Source: Octopus vulgaris (lineage: Eukaryota). Taken from it: a stretch of 64,000 nucleotides of DNA. The notes under the pieces are model-generated. The model saw nothing but the letters and a program-made list of their open reading frames with translations, ran no database searches and was not told where the DNA came from. Shown here piece after piece: positions 39,395 through 52,631 of the stretch (position 1 is the first letter of the stretch; each line of letters starts with the position of its first letter). Made by a program: the position numbers and the translations under genes. The DNA is taken from contig OX597826.1 in the NCBI GenBank assembly GCA_951406725.2, positions 52,080,001 to 52,144,000 of the forward strand. The letters are read 5' to 3'.

Positions 39395-40020
39395 AAGTAC
39401 TATACATGAAGTACAATACATGCGGTACAAAACATGAAGTTCAATACATGAAATACAATGGATGAAGTACAATACATGAAGTACAAAAACAAAAAAGGAG
39501 GATCAAGGATCCTTCCCAAACTGTAGATTTGTAAGGTTGGCTTCCTGGATTCTAGGGCATTCAAGGGGGTGCTGAAAAGTTCCTGGCAGTAAGGGTATTG
39601 TGAAGGGCCTAGTAGGGGTCCAACCTTTCAAGTTCTTTTACAATGCTTAGAAAATCTGAAGGACTGCTGCAATACGTGTGTGAATCTAAGAGGAATATGT
39701 TGAGCAAAATCATAATTAACTGATCCTCCTGTATTTTCTTTTACCCAAAGACAGGAACTTTTCAGCACCTCCTCATATATTTTCCCACAACATGGGTCAC
39801 TGATTCGTTGCAGAATTATTCATTTTTACCAACTCCGTAGGCTGCAGGGACGTGAAATGAAGTATTTTGCTCAAGAACACAACACATCACCCTGTCAAAG
39901 AATCAAAACCACAATCTTACAATAATGAGAACAACACCCAACCACCAAGCCATGTGTCTCTACATGAAGTACAATACATGGAATACAGTGCATAAACTAC
40001 AATGCATGAAATACAATACA
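39395..40020. repeat. 14-bp minisatellite (TACATGAAGTACAA) split into two blocks by an insertion
   Basis: About 6 units at 39395-39485 and about 4 at 39961-40020. A minus-strand SINE-like head and the MITE lie between. Confidence 0.7.
39560..39776 (+). mobile_element. Mariner-derived MITE (~215 bp)
   Basis: TIRs GGGGGTGCTGAAAAGTTCCTG / CAGGAACTTTTCAGCACCTCC. Internal remnant resembles the mariner C-terminus (KCV...GEYVE-like). Confidence 0.75.
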
Positions 40021-40881
40021 ATGAACCATTTAGATTTGTGGACAACATCTTGACATTCGATTCTGTGCAAATTTTACTTTAGTCAGTTCAATAGGTTTCT
40101 TTCTTGAACTAATTAATAACAAGTTTATCCAGTGTTCAGTACTTAATCAATGCCTTTCTCTATAATAATCTCTCTCCTTCTCACCTGTCCTCTCTCTCCC
40201 GCTTCCCCTTTCTTTCTCCCTCTCCCTCTCTCCCCCTTTCTCTCTCTTTCTGCACAGCTATAGTTTCCCCCTCTCCCAAGCAGTCAACTCCATCTGTTAG
40301 AGGAGTTATTTTCTTAGTAGTTCTTTAATGCTTATTTGTAACATGTCCTATATAATTGGTTGTTTCACATACCTTATTCCTTCACACTGCTCATAAACAT
40401 GCACTTGTCATTGACTGACATTCTACCACCTTCTCCTTTTCTTCATTAGTCTAATCACAATCTCTCACTTTCTTCTCTGCTTTCATCTGTGATTTACATT
40501 TTCAGCTCAGATCAAAGTGAAGGTTAAAGTCTGAGATGTCAATTTATCATAAAGTTAATCATGTCCACCATAAATAAATCTGACCATAAATAGTGTCTGG
40601 CTGGAACATTTCCATCTTCAGGTCATTTAAAGACTTATTTCCTTCCTTGTCTGTTATTTTTAAAACCCATGACCAACTCTGATAAAGAAAACCAACATCC
40701 AAGCCATGATGCTGCTTTTCCTTCTGTTTTTCCTGAGTGTATTTTAAGATCAAATCATTGAACAAGTTCTTTCATTTTTAAAGCTGTAGAATGTAATTTG
40801 ATGGAGATTTTGCTGCTATTTCTATCATGTCACATAACAACATAAAGTGTTTTTCATTGGCTTGTCCTTATATTTAGCCTA

Positions 40882-41107
40882 ACTCTCTTTACTCTTTACT
40901 CTTTTACTCTTTTACTTGTTTCAGTCATTTGACTGCGGCCATGCTGGAGCACCGCCTTTAGTCAATCAAATCGACCCCGGAACTTATTCTTTGTAAGCCC
41001 AGTACTTATTCTATCGGTCTCTTTTGCCGAACCGCTAAGTGGCGGGGACGTAGACACACCAGCATCGGTTGTCAAGCAATGCTAGGGGGACAAACACAGA
41101 CACACAA

Positions 41108-41140
<33 letters not shown>

Positions 41141-41308
41141 CATATATACGACAGGCTTCTTTCAGTTTCCATCTACCAAATCCACTCACAAGGCATTGGT
41201 CGGCCCGGGGCTATAGCAGAAGACACTTGCCCAAGATACCACGCAGTGGGACTGAACCCGCAACCATGTGGCTGGTTAGCAAGCTACTTACCACACAGCC
41301 ACTCCTGT
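40882..41308 (-). mobile_element. SINE family A, full-length copy
   Basis: Highly similar to 37225-37618. Confidence 0.85.
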
Positions 41309-42115
41309 GATAGAAAAAATTAGTACTTGCTTTATGAATTCCACAAAGATGAGTAAATCCCATTAACATTTGATCTCAGAACAGAGTAAGATCGAATGGA
41401 ACTAAATATTGTTAATCATTTAGTTGAGCTCTATTTGATGTCTGAAAACTTGCTACTCTTAAATCTCAAAAAAAACATATAACAAGGAATATATGTAAGT
41501 TTGATTTATGTAGAAAATATTCCATCCCAAATATAATCTTTGCTTAACATTCATATAACATACATAACATAGATCAAATGTAAAAAGTCTTATCCATATA
41601 CCCATAATTCTTAGAGAAAATTGCATGCTGTCAAAGGTTACTTTGCTTAACTCAAACAGTTTATTTATTATCTCCCTTGTATTTATCACTCTTCTATTCG
41701 ATAACAATTTTATTTTTATAATCTGAAATCCAATTTTTTTGTGTTTCTGTTTATCGTCTTTCTGTCAGCACCAATATTTTCTATTACTATCCCACTTAAT
41801 ATATATATTTTTCCCTTCCATGCTGAAGACACATAACTTCTTGTTGATTAAATCAAACTGTCATTTACTGTGTCATAATCTTACTTATGTTCTGAGACAA
41901 AATTAAACAAATATATCATGTGAAATGAAAATAAATATTGGTAATTCTTGAAGTAATAATCCCTTTCTGGAATAGCTGAATGTTTTATTGCAGAAGAACC
42001 TTAGAAGAAATTTAAAGGAATGGTTTATTCTCTTCAGAGATTAATGAGAAATATTCGTATGTTTAGCAACTTAATTTTCATCTTGATTTTTATATTTATA
42101 TATATGTGTGTGTAT

Positions 42116-42148
<33 letters not shown>

Positions 42149-44619
42149 GATTCAGGTGTGGTTGTATGATAAGTAGCTTGTTTACCAATCTCATGGTCCT
42201 AGGTTCAGTCCCACTGCATGGCACCTGATAGAATAAGTACTAGGCTTACAAAGAATAAGTCCTGGGGTTGATTTGCTTGACTAAAGGTGGTGCTCCAGCA
42301 TGGCCACAGTCAAATGACTGAAACAAGTAAAAGAGTAAAAGAGATAAACTTAACCTGTTTCATGACCCACATAGTATCATTTCATTTTGTACATTCACAT
42401 AGACAAAGGTATACATTGATTTCTTTAATTTTGTGGTAGAGGTTATACAGATGACTGAAATACCTGAAGTATATTACAGACAGGAACATCCAGGAAAAGA
42501 AGTTCAAAGTTAACCCTGGTGGATTTTGAAGACAGAGAATGGATTTATGTACTTTACACAATATAGTCCTGCTGAAGGCTATCTCTGCTACTATACTACT
42601 CAAGATTGTAGATACCCAGCAACATATGAAAAAAGTACCATTCAAGCATGGCCGATGCCAGTGCCACCTGACTGGTACCTGTGTTGGTAGCAAATAAAAA
42701 GCACCATTTGGGCATGGTCAATGCTAGTGCTGCCTGATTGGCTCCCGTGCCGGTGGCAAGTAAAAAGTACCCACTATATTCTCCGAGTGATTGGTGTTAG
42801 GAAGGGCATCCAACTGTAGAAATCTTACCAAATCAGATTGGAGCCTGGTGCACTTCCCGACTTGCCAGTTCTCAGTCAAACCGTCCAACCCATGTCAACA
42901 TGGAAAGTGGATGTTAAACGACGGAGATGCTGATGATGTTGATGATGGATAAAATAATAGCAGAACAAAAAGATGAACGATCAGATATTTAGATTTGCAT
43001 TTACCTATTAAGCCAATTATATTTCTATTTAATCAAATGAACAGTAAATAGCAGTTGCTCAATGTGGTTTACATGTATCTGGTGTACTAGCTTACTTTTA
43101 TAGAATATCAAATCTAAACCCCTTTCTGTCTCTGTGTTCTCAGCTGAATACAATTTAAGAACATTGTAAATGCTGCCAAAGTAATTATTACTTATCTTCA
43201 TGTTGTTTAAATGAATCTAATTAAGACTCCTAACAAGCTGTTGTTAATTAAAACATCTGACAATTATTACTTGAAACATTAGGCCCCTACCAATGAGTGA
43301 GGCTCGTATTAATCTTTCTAATTAGTGCTAATAAAGTTGAAACAAGTTTTCCAATAATTACTGAGATTTATTTATTACACCTAGATGCTGCTGTCAATGC
43401 GTATTTTACATATTCATGTTATGAGTATTGCAGATAGCAGTTACTGAGTTTTAAGGTATGGCTGTGCATAAATGTTAGAATAATTTTACTGCCTCTCTTG
43501 AATGTTATCCAAATACTACTACAAATCGTCTGCTTGATTGCTATTAAGAAGCTTTATCAATATATTGAATCCATAATATCAAAATTTGCAGCCTGCAACA
43601 GGCTGATTTGATAGCTTTTCAAAGCTAACACTTGACCATGAGCTGATGGTTTTGCATTCCATCTCAGTTGCTATACAGTGTTCTTATATAAGATACATTG
43701 AAACAAAGTGCACTGATGCTCTGATAATTAATAAGTGATTCATTAGTTTGCAGAGCTGAATTTAAATAATTCTGTGTAACTGAAGAAGCAACAAGAAACC
43801 ATTCAAATGTATTTCATTTTGAAACAGTTCATGAATACAGAGTATTTGTGTTCTGACACTGTGATGGGTTGCTAAACTAAGCATCATCGATACCTTGACT
43901 ACAATGATGACGATGATGATGATGACAACAACAATGATGACGATGATGATAGCACTGAGGATGGTAATGACAATAATGATGATGATGATGATGATAGCTC
44001 CTCCCCTACATATTTTGTCTCTTTTGATTCTTCTTCTTGTGATGATAGTGGTGGTAATGGTACTAGTATTGGTGGTGGTAGAGTAACGATTGTGATGGCT
44101 ATGGCTATTTATGATTGTAGTTGTGATTGTAGTGTTGGTGATGGTAGTGATAGCAATGGTTGTGATAATAGTGGTAGAGATGGTTGTGATGGTAATGATG
44201 GTAATGGTAGTGGTGGTGATGATTATGGCAATGTAGTCATGGTAACGGTTATAGTAGTGGTTTTTAATGTTGGTGATGACATCCTTTTTTGTTTACTATT
44301 TAGCCCCAGGTCAATTCACATCAAATATAACAACAGCATTATGGCTGGGATAATCCAGTCTTTTTACCATTTTTTACTAGGCATTGTGTGTCTAGGCTTT
44401 TATAATTCAGTCTGTCCATCTCCATTTTAAGATGTAGAATATGATGATCAAAATTTGGCAACTACTTCTGGCAGATTGAGTAGCCATATGGAAATGTCTT
44501 TGTTGCTTTATTGTTGTTAGTGCAGATGGTGGTGGTGGTGGTGATGTCGACATTGATGTTGATGATGAGGATGATGATGATAATGATGATGATGACAATG
44601 GTAGTGATGGTAGTAGATG

Positions 44620-44949
44620 TAAGCGGAAAGTGTAACCCCTCGAAAGAGCTGTTCTTCACTCCTGCTCCAGAGCGTCGGCTGTGGGGTCACTCCGAAAAGC
44701 TCTATCTGCGACGATTTCATCTCAATCAAAGGAGAGGGGCTTTCTCCACCCGGGTTGCGGATCCGTGGAATAAGCTGCTGGACGAGATAGTGAAGATGCC
44801 GATGACCGCTCGGTTCAAAGTCTCTCTTGACCAGGAATGGCCTGAACTCTTTGCATGAACACCACCCTGTACATATCTCCATGTCCCCCTACATGGCCTG
44901 GTTTTTTGCTTTTTGAGCCAAAGAATTAACTTAACTTAACTTAACTTAA
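44620..44949 (+). mobile_element. Young-looking CR1-like LINE 3' end with (TTAAC)n tail
   Basis: GHSEKLYLRRFHLNQRRGAFSTRVADPWNKL.DEIV......FKVSLD is a typical CR1 C-terminus. CpG-rich; tail TTAACTTAACTTAACTTAAC. Confidence 0.75.
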
Positions 44950-45690
44950 ATCATCAAAGTTTTGGTGATTAGGACTTTTATTTAACAATTCAGATCGCTA
45001 ATTTTTCAGTTTTGACTGACTAGGAGGTATGGAAAATGCACATAGAGCCATTGGGATCACAGGAAGGAAGAAAGAAAGGTAGCTGTTTGCAATATGAAAG
45101 ATGCAAGCAAGAAAATGGGCCTCTGGCTGTCTGTAAGGCAAAGAGGGAAGAGCCAAACAGGAAACCAGGAAAAGAAGATGCATTGTGACTTGGACCACTA
45201 CTGCTAACCCATTAACAGTGGGGTATTATAATTCAGGGCCAAAGCACTCATTGTATCAGTCGACACTGCTTGGTGGCATCAGCTCACCCCCAGTTCACAC
45301 TATATTCACTGAAGGTGAATAAAGGAGAGGCATTTTCTTTTGGATGTAATCAATGAGAAATAAAGTAAAATCACTGGAAAGGGATTCAACATATTTTGCT
45401 ATCTCTGCTCAATATTTGCATGTCTCATATCATCATCATCATCATTGCCATTTCAAGCAACTTACCACACATTCACTCTATAGGCACAGGAGTGGCTGTG
45501 TGGTAAGTAGCTTGCTTACCAACTACATGGTTCCAGGTTCATTCCCACTGCGTGACACCTTGGGCAAGTATCTTCTACTAATATATGTATGTATATTAAT
45601 GTTTGTTTTTATGTTCAGTTATAATGAAAACAATTTTACATTAATCTGATGGCTAATTCTATACCGTTGTAGAATATAAATTTTATTAAA

Positions 45691-45921
45691 GACGGCGAGC
45701 TGGCAGAATCGTTAGCACGTCAGGTGAAATGCTTAGCAGTATTTTGTCTGCCACTACGTTCTGAGTTCAAATTCCGCTGAGGTCGATTTTGCCTTTCATC
45801 CTTTTGGAGTCAATAAATTAAGTACCAGTTACGCACTGGGGTCGATGTAATCGACTTAATCCGTTTGTCTGTCCTTGTTTGTCCCCTCTATGTTTAGTCC
45901 CCTGTGGGTAATAAAGAAATA
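45691..45921 (+). mobile_element. SINE family B, full-length copy
   Basis: GGCGAGCTGGCAGAATCGTTAGCAC head, GAGTTCAAATTCC B-box-like motif, core TTTGCCTTTCATCCTTT..GGTCGATAAA.TAAGTACCAG. Related copies at ~3540-3740, 4596-4795, 9700-9895, 47080-47270, 47690-47870, 48455-48670 and (minus) 55575-55780. Confidence 0.8.
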
Positions 45922-46545
45922 TGAATATACATTTATTATTCTTAAACAACAATGTTGTTGACAGTAACTTCAAAGTTTCAGCCAGTTAAGCCATTGTTGG
46001 ACAGTCTTCAGAGTTTCAGCCAGCTTGTCTGACTGTGACTTAGCTGGCCGAAACTTCAAAGCCACTGCCAACAACAACCTTCTTGTTTAAGAATAGCAAG
46101 TATACATGTACAACATATGAGAATGCATATGTTAACTCATATTCTGTGTCTAACCCTTCAGTCATTGATTTCTTGTTACATTTACACTATTGTACTTAGA
46201 ACACACAGCACTATTATCAAAGATCTGATAAAAATAGATATTAAACTTTAATCCATTTGTAGCTTATTTTATGCTCTCTCTCTCTCTCTCTTTCTCTTTC
46301 TCTCAAGCCCTCACTCATGTTTTTTTTAACTCCCAAATTATTTCACTGCGGAACTAATAATTTTTTACATTCTATTTATTTATCGATATCCTTAATCAAA
46401 TTTATTTATTAACATCAATATCAATGTTGAGAATAAAAGGAAAAAAAACAGGGTTAATTGATCACTGTGTCTGTATTGTAATGTTTATCTGTATGAATCA
46501 TTTCAATTTATTTGTTAATATTCTTTTGTTGTTTCTCTTTTGCAG

Positions 46546-46622
46546 AAAAATAAACTAGCTGATATGGCAAAAACAAAAAGATTAAACAGAAATTTTTGTG
46601 ATGTTGTAGCAAAAGCAAAATG
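46546..46622 (+). CDS. Candidate coding exon (KNKLADMAKTKRLNRNFCDVVAKAK-W)
   Basis: Strong polypyrimidine acceptor ttcttttgttgtttctcttttgcAG, donor tg/GTaggt, open frame, set in unique AT-rich flanks. Confidence 0.45.
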
Positions 46623-46999
46623 GTAGGTTTTGTAAAAATTTATTTATCTACAAAATAATTCTTAATTTCTCGTTTTCAATTCATGCAGTGTTTCTTGTTT
46701 TCTGTTATTCTTCTTTTTGGTATTTTACTATTTTTTTCTTTTTACAATTGCTGACATATTTCATTTAATACTTAACAATTAACAATTTCCTCAAAAATTT
46801 TTATTTTTTAAAAAAAATTTCTATTTTTATTTTATGCAACAGTTTTCTTCATGGTTCACTTTCCTTCTCAAACTTTTCTTCTGAAACTATTCTGCTCTAC
46901 TCCGTAATCATTCATTTTGCTCTATTCACATTCATTCACATTTTACTTATTCACCTATCTTTAATAAGACTTTTTTTCTCAAATTATTACATGCAAACA

Positions 47000-47046
<47 letters not shown>

Positions 47047-47284
47047 TGTTGGTGGTGTTGTTATTAAATCATTAGTTCATTAGACAAAATGCCTAATGGC
47101 ATTTCTTCGACCTCTTAATGATCTGACTTGAAATTCTGTCACTGTTGATTTTGCTTTTCATCCTTTCAGGTCTGATGAAATAAGTACCAGTAATGTACTG
47201 GGATCAATGTAATTGACTAGCCGCATTCCCCCAAACTTTTAGGGCGTATACCTATAGTAGAAAGGATTAATATTAATATTATTA

Positions 47285-47453
47285 ATGCTGAACTGGTTAC
47301 GGTCAAACAACTGACAAGCAAATCTGTGATAATGAGCAGAATATTTGCCGTAGCCCATCTTTTATACCAAGACAAAACATTGTATATGATAACACTTCCA
47401 ATCAGCTAAGATCAGAAGCCATGATAGCCGATGCCTGGTACTGCATCAGGGCA

Positions 47454-47455
<2 letters not shown>
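47285..47455. repeat. Dispersed repeat fragment (second partial copy in opposite orientation at ~56945-57000)
   Basis: GTACCAGGCA..GGCT.TCATGGCTTCTGATCTTA.C.GATTGGAAGTGTTA is shared; both copies lie beside (TAA)n. Confidence 0.6.
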
Positions 47456-47484
<29 letters not shown>

Positions 47485-47672
47485 GATTATTATTATCATT
47501 ATTATTATCATTGTTATTATTATCATTATTATTATTATTATTATCATTGTTATTATTATCATTATTATTATTATTATTATCATTGTTATTATTATCATTA
47601 TTATTATTATTATTATCATTGTTATTATTATCATTATTATTATTATCATTATTATTATTATTATTATTATAA
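47456..47672. repeat. (TAT)n with 36-bp higher-order periodicity (CATTGTTATTATTATCATTAT...)
   Basis: CATTGT recurs every 36 nt, four times. Confidence 0.9.
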
Positions 47673-47870
47673 TTATAAAAGCTGTGAGCAGGTACAATTG
47701 TTAGTGCTTATTCATGTTTTGAATTCAAATTCTACTGAGATGAACTTTGCCTTTCATCCTTATTGGATAAAAAAAAACAAAAGAAAAAAAGGATTCTGAG
47801 GTTGTTGTAATTGACTATTTCCTTACCCCTAAACTTGCTGGACTTGTACCAAATATTGAAACCATTATTA

Positions 47871-48403
47871 AGGCAGTTTTTCCTTTGAATGGTGGCTGTG
47901 GCAAAAGGGGTTGTTTGATGGACCAAGGCTGAAAGGCATGAGAACAGATACATTCCTCTTTGGTAGAGCTCTCATTGACTTCTTCAAGTTTCACTTGAAA
48001 AGGAAGTTGAGAGTGGAGAGGGAAGTGCTGTCCTTGAGTGAGTTTATTGAAATTTGGGTGAAATTTGCGAAAATGGCAAGAGTGGATGGTACCTCTCTAA
48101 GTGTAGACCTGTGAGTAGAAGAGAAGGAATTAGAGAAGGCACTTACTCCTAGGGTTTCAGGGAAATCTCGGACAGTGGGATTCCTCGATTATCCCTAGAG
48201 GCCTTCCTGTATCAGGAGGGCAACATCTCTCTCATCCTCCGTGATCCTTTTTTTTTTACCTTTGTATGCTATGCATATATCCCTTCTTTTTCAGTGTATA
48301 CCATGTATACTTACATTTTTTTTTATCATTTCATTATTATGTGTAAACCCCAACACTTTATGTCAGTCTTTGTATTGTCCCCCTCATCCTTCACTCTTGT
48401 GGC

Positions 48404-48405
<2 letters not shown>
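47871..48405 (+). mobile_element. Probable L1/Tx1-like LINE 3' end
   Basis: VAVAKGVV*WTRLKG...LIDFFKFHLKRKLRVEREVL...FIEIW resembles Tx1 ORF2 C-termini; followed by a T-rich 3' UTR. Confidence 0.45.
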
Positions 48406-48440
<35 letters not shown>

Positions 48441-48668
48441 GTGGTGGTGGTGGTAGCAAGCTGACAGAATCATTAGCACATTGGACAACATGTTTAGCAG
48501 CATTTCTTCCACCTCTTTATGTTCTCTGTTCAAATCCTGTTGAAGTCAACTTTACCTTTCTTTCTTTTGGGGTTGATAAAATAAGTACCAGCTGAGCATT
48601 AGAGTCAATGTAATTGACTAACCCCTGTCCCACCAAATTTCAGGCCTTGTGCCTATATTGGAAAGGAT

Positions 48669-48724
<56 letters not shown>

Positions 48725-49044
48725 TCAATAATATCATTGCCAATGAACTATTATTGTTATTATATATTTATTCTACTTTTTACACTTTTCAATTGATACA
48801 TTTGTTTCAATTTAAACTTTCATACTGTCTATATTTTTCTTGGACTTTTCAGCAGAGACCTAAGCAAAACCACAGTAACTGTGCTCTGCTGAGTGGTGTA
48901 GTAGCTACAAAGTCAGTTGAACTCTCAGTTTGGGAGCTAAACCTTTCATAGTTTTGTTTCTGGAGCAAAACCAATTTAATATATCAATTATCCATCTAAA
49001 AACTTTAACTGAAATATCTTTATATTTCACCATATCTGAGAGAG

Positions 49045-49075
<31 letters not shown>

Positions 49076-52000
49076 TGTTTCAGTAATATAAAATCTTAGA
49101 AATTTTTGCTTAGTAGGAAAATATGAAACCATTATTTCTTTAATGCTGCAAAAAAAAAAAAAAAAGGTGGGGGAGAAGAAAAAAATCTAAGAATATTCCA
49201 AGTTAGCTGAAGGAATCTTTTGTCAAAGATTGAATGTCAATGTACAAGTCATGAAATTACTCTAAAGATATAAAAGAATTTATAGTCAAGGTTATTGCTC
49301 AGTCGGGTCTACTTGGCAGTAACCTATCCAATATTTAGCTCCATTCCATATATAACCTACACTCTGGATCTGAAGAGATAAATGTCAAGTACACTTGATT
49401 AAGTAAAACATCTTTGCAGAATTAACTTACTTGCTGTAACCATCTCACCTTTATGCTATTGTTGTTGTTTTGTTCCAAAGTCAGCCCTGTTTCACCAGAC
49501 CAAAGGTCTTCCATCTATGACAATCCCTTCCATCTTTTTCTCTTTTCTCACATGGTATATCTAGGACTATATTATATAATGATTTCCTATATATATATGT
49601 TTTTTTTTTAGATCATTGGTTGGGATTTGAGGGAAATTTAATTTACCATTTCTAACAGGTGAAGCAATCCTGTAGAAACTTTCACTGCATTGCAAGCTCT
49701 CTTTTATTGTCAATAACTCATACTTTTAATATTTTCTTCATGTCACACAAGAAAACATATATTGATATTTTGCCATCATTATATGAAGGCTAAACTACTG
49801 CAGAGAAATGTTTAGAATTGTATAATCCAATTTTGCACCTTTCTTTTAAAGATAACTGAATGCGATCTGAGAGAGATTTAGCTGCTATTCCTGACATGCT
49901 TCATGATCATATTGAGGTTTCTCTCATTGATTTCACCACACTTCAATTATAAGCATGATATGCTAAATTTGAATAATTAATTTATTTGATCACTATTAAT
50001 CAAGGATCTCATTTGAGACAGGTGTAAATGCTGTGTTGTATAGGGAAATTTGCTACATTGTATTCGTTAACTCATATATTAGGATTTGAAATGATACTTT
50101 ACAATAAGAAAGTCTTCATAACAAAATGTTGTATGACTCCAAATTGTACAGACAAATGTAATTTAGTTTTACTCTTGACCAAAAATGATTGTCAGTATCT
50201 GTTCAGAAATAAGGACAAAGCCATACAAAATGAGGCTAAATTGAAACCAAAACATTTGTTCATAACTGATCCTCACTTCTGAAACAAAGCTCAAACTTTT
50301 CACATTTTGTAAGCATGTCAATCGAATCATGGAATTTTTCAAAAAAATTTCTTGAAGTTATCTCCCTTTCTCATTCTGAGTTACCAATAATTATTTCTAG
50401 GTTTATATTTTCCTTCTCTGTCCTTGAGGAAAATTTAGTAAATTAGGAATTTAGTATGCATGGCATTTGATAATCTTCAACATGTACCTTCTTAAACAAA
50501 TTGACCCCAGTACATTTTTTAAAGCCTGGTACTTATTCTATTGATCTCTTTTGTTGAACCACTAAGTTACAGGGATGTAAACACACCAACACTGGTTGTC
50601 AAGCAGTGGTGGAGGACACACACACACACAAATCTATACAGTATACTTATTTCCGTTTCTGTCTCCTAAACCCACTCACAAGGCTTTGGTCAGCCCAAGA
50701 TAGATCAAATAAAAAGATACTTACCCAAAGTGTCATGCAGTGGGACTGAACCTGGAACCATGTGGTTGGGAAGCAAGCTTCTTACCACATAGCCATGTCT
50801 GCACCTTTAATGAAAACCTTTTTATTTTTTATTTTACTAAAACTCCACCACATTCTTGAATTATTTTGAAAATGTCATCCTCAACACCTATTCTCTTTTA
50901 TATCCACCCCCCTCACTATTCCCTCTCTCTTTTTATCTCACTTCCTCTCCCATACATTCTTGCAACCTCACACCAACTCGTGCTCTGTTCTTTTGTTGAT
51001 CACACTCACTTCTACCCACCTCATACCCTGAAGGTCCACCCAAACACCACATCACCCCTATTTTCTCTCTTTCCAACTCCACTCTAGTCACTTTCACCCT
51101 CTCTACTATCATGTGAGTAGTCATGCAGCTCTGGGCCCTTCTCTCATACATTTTCCCCTTGTCTCCTAGTATAAAGCCATCTTCCTCTCTTCTGTAGCCC
51201 CAACTAATTCAAAGGTCTTTCAAGCTGCAGAGTGACCTTATTAGCACTGGTATCCCAAAAACAAAACACCCAGCACACTTTGTAAAGTGGTTGGTGTTAA
51301 GAAGGGCATCCAGCCACTGACAGTATGCCAAAGCAGACACTGGAGCATGTAGTAGTTCTCTGAACTATCAGGTCCTATCAAACTAGTCAATTCATGCTAG
51401 CATAGAACATGGGCATAAAATGATGATTATGGTGGTGGTGGTGGTGGTGATGTTGATGATGATGATGATGATGAAGAAGAAGAAAATTAGATAAAGTCTA
51501 ATCTTGTTACAAAGATGTCAAGAAAAAGATATAATTTGTTTAAATAATCAAAAACATCTTATTTATTATCAATTTCCACATTATCTATGATCCTTAGAGT
51601 AGGGTGGGTTGCATATCTCGTTTCTATATAACATAGATTACAATAAGATTTGTATGCTGATTACTGAAATGTCACAAGCTTTGATTAGATTCAGTCGTTG
51701 CATTCTTTATAAAGGCAAAAAATAACAACTTAATAAATGCATTAGTGATATGAATATATTCATTAGTCTTACTATATTGCTGAGAGGTCAGGAGTATTTC
51801 AAATATACAACTATTACAGTCATGCTTTGCTCATTTTATTTACTTTTATATACATTATTTGAAGCTAGTAGGGTTATACAAATACATTACAGAGGCATTG
51901 CTTTACAGCTGAATGTCCTGTCATTAACCTTTTCTTGTCTTTCAAGTAAGGGATGTCTTATTCCACACATCCTTGAAAGCACATAAGCCAGTGGAGGGTT

Positions 52001-52239
52001 TGCTGGGAGAAGAAATGACAATAACAACATCGTTTGTAACTGTGATTTTTGAAGAAGCACAAATGTAAACACACACATACACACACACACATATATCTGT
52101 ATATATATATACATATTTCTGTGAGGGGATTGTTTTCAGTTTGTCTCTGCTGAACCCATTCACAAGGCTTTGGCCAGTCTATTGTGATAATGGAAGACAC
52201 TTACTGAACATGCTGTGCTGTGGGACAGAATTCAAAACC

Positions 52240-52631
52240 AGTGCCGTTGGCACTTAAAAAGCACCATCCGAACGTGGCCGATGCCAGCACCGCCTAGACT
52301 GGCTTCCGTGCTGTGGCACGTAAAAAGCACCATCCGAACGTGGCCGATGCCAGTGCCGCCTTGACTGGCTTCCATGCCGGTGGCACGTAAAAAGCACCAA
52401 TCCGATCGTGGCCGTTGCCAGCCTCGCCTGGCATGTAAAAAGCACCCACTACACTCTCAGAGTGGTTGGCGTTAGGAAGGGCATTCAGCTGTAGAAACAC
52501 TGCCATATCAGACTGGAGCCTGGTGCAGCCTTCTGGCTTCCCAGATCCCCGGTCGAACCGTCCAACCCATGCTAGCATGGAGAACGGACGTTAAACGAGG
52601 ATGAGGATGATGATGATGATGATGATGATGA
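52240..52631 (+). repeat. RTE-type 3' tail element with ~67-bp tandem units and (GAT)n tail (relatives at ~18650-18810, 20810-20955, 30000-30265 minus, 42630-42945, 51225-51470, 56040-56250)
   Basis: TGGCACGTAAAAAGCACC recurs four times, followed by GAGTGGTTGGCGTTAGGAAGGGCAT and AACCCATGCTAGCATGG...(GAT)n. The same tail directly follows RTE ORF remnants at 32090 and 34920. Confidence 0.75.

Noticed and set aside
40559-40765. Protein-like 68-aa minus-strand ORF
   Set aside because: The nearest good acceptor gives stop codons in all frames and there is no clear donor, so it cannot be supported as an exon.
47400-47420. GCTAAGATCA match to the U2 snRNA 5' region
   Set aside because: Only 10 nt match, the flanks do not resemble U2, and it lies in a dispersed repeat.
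52240-52450. CRISPR-like repeat/spacer appearance of TGGCACGTAAAAAGCACC
   Set aside because: The intervening sequences are themselves near-identical, the context is eukaryotic and there are no cas genes; it is a tandem repeat in a LINE tail.
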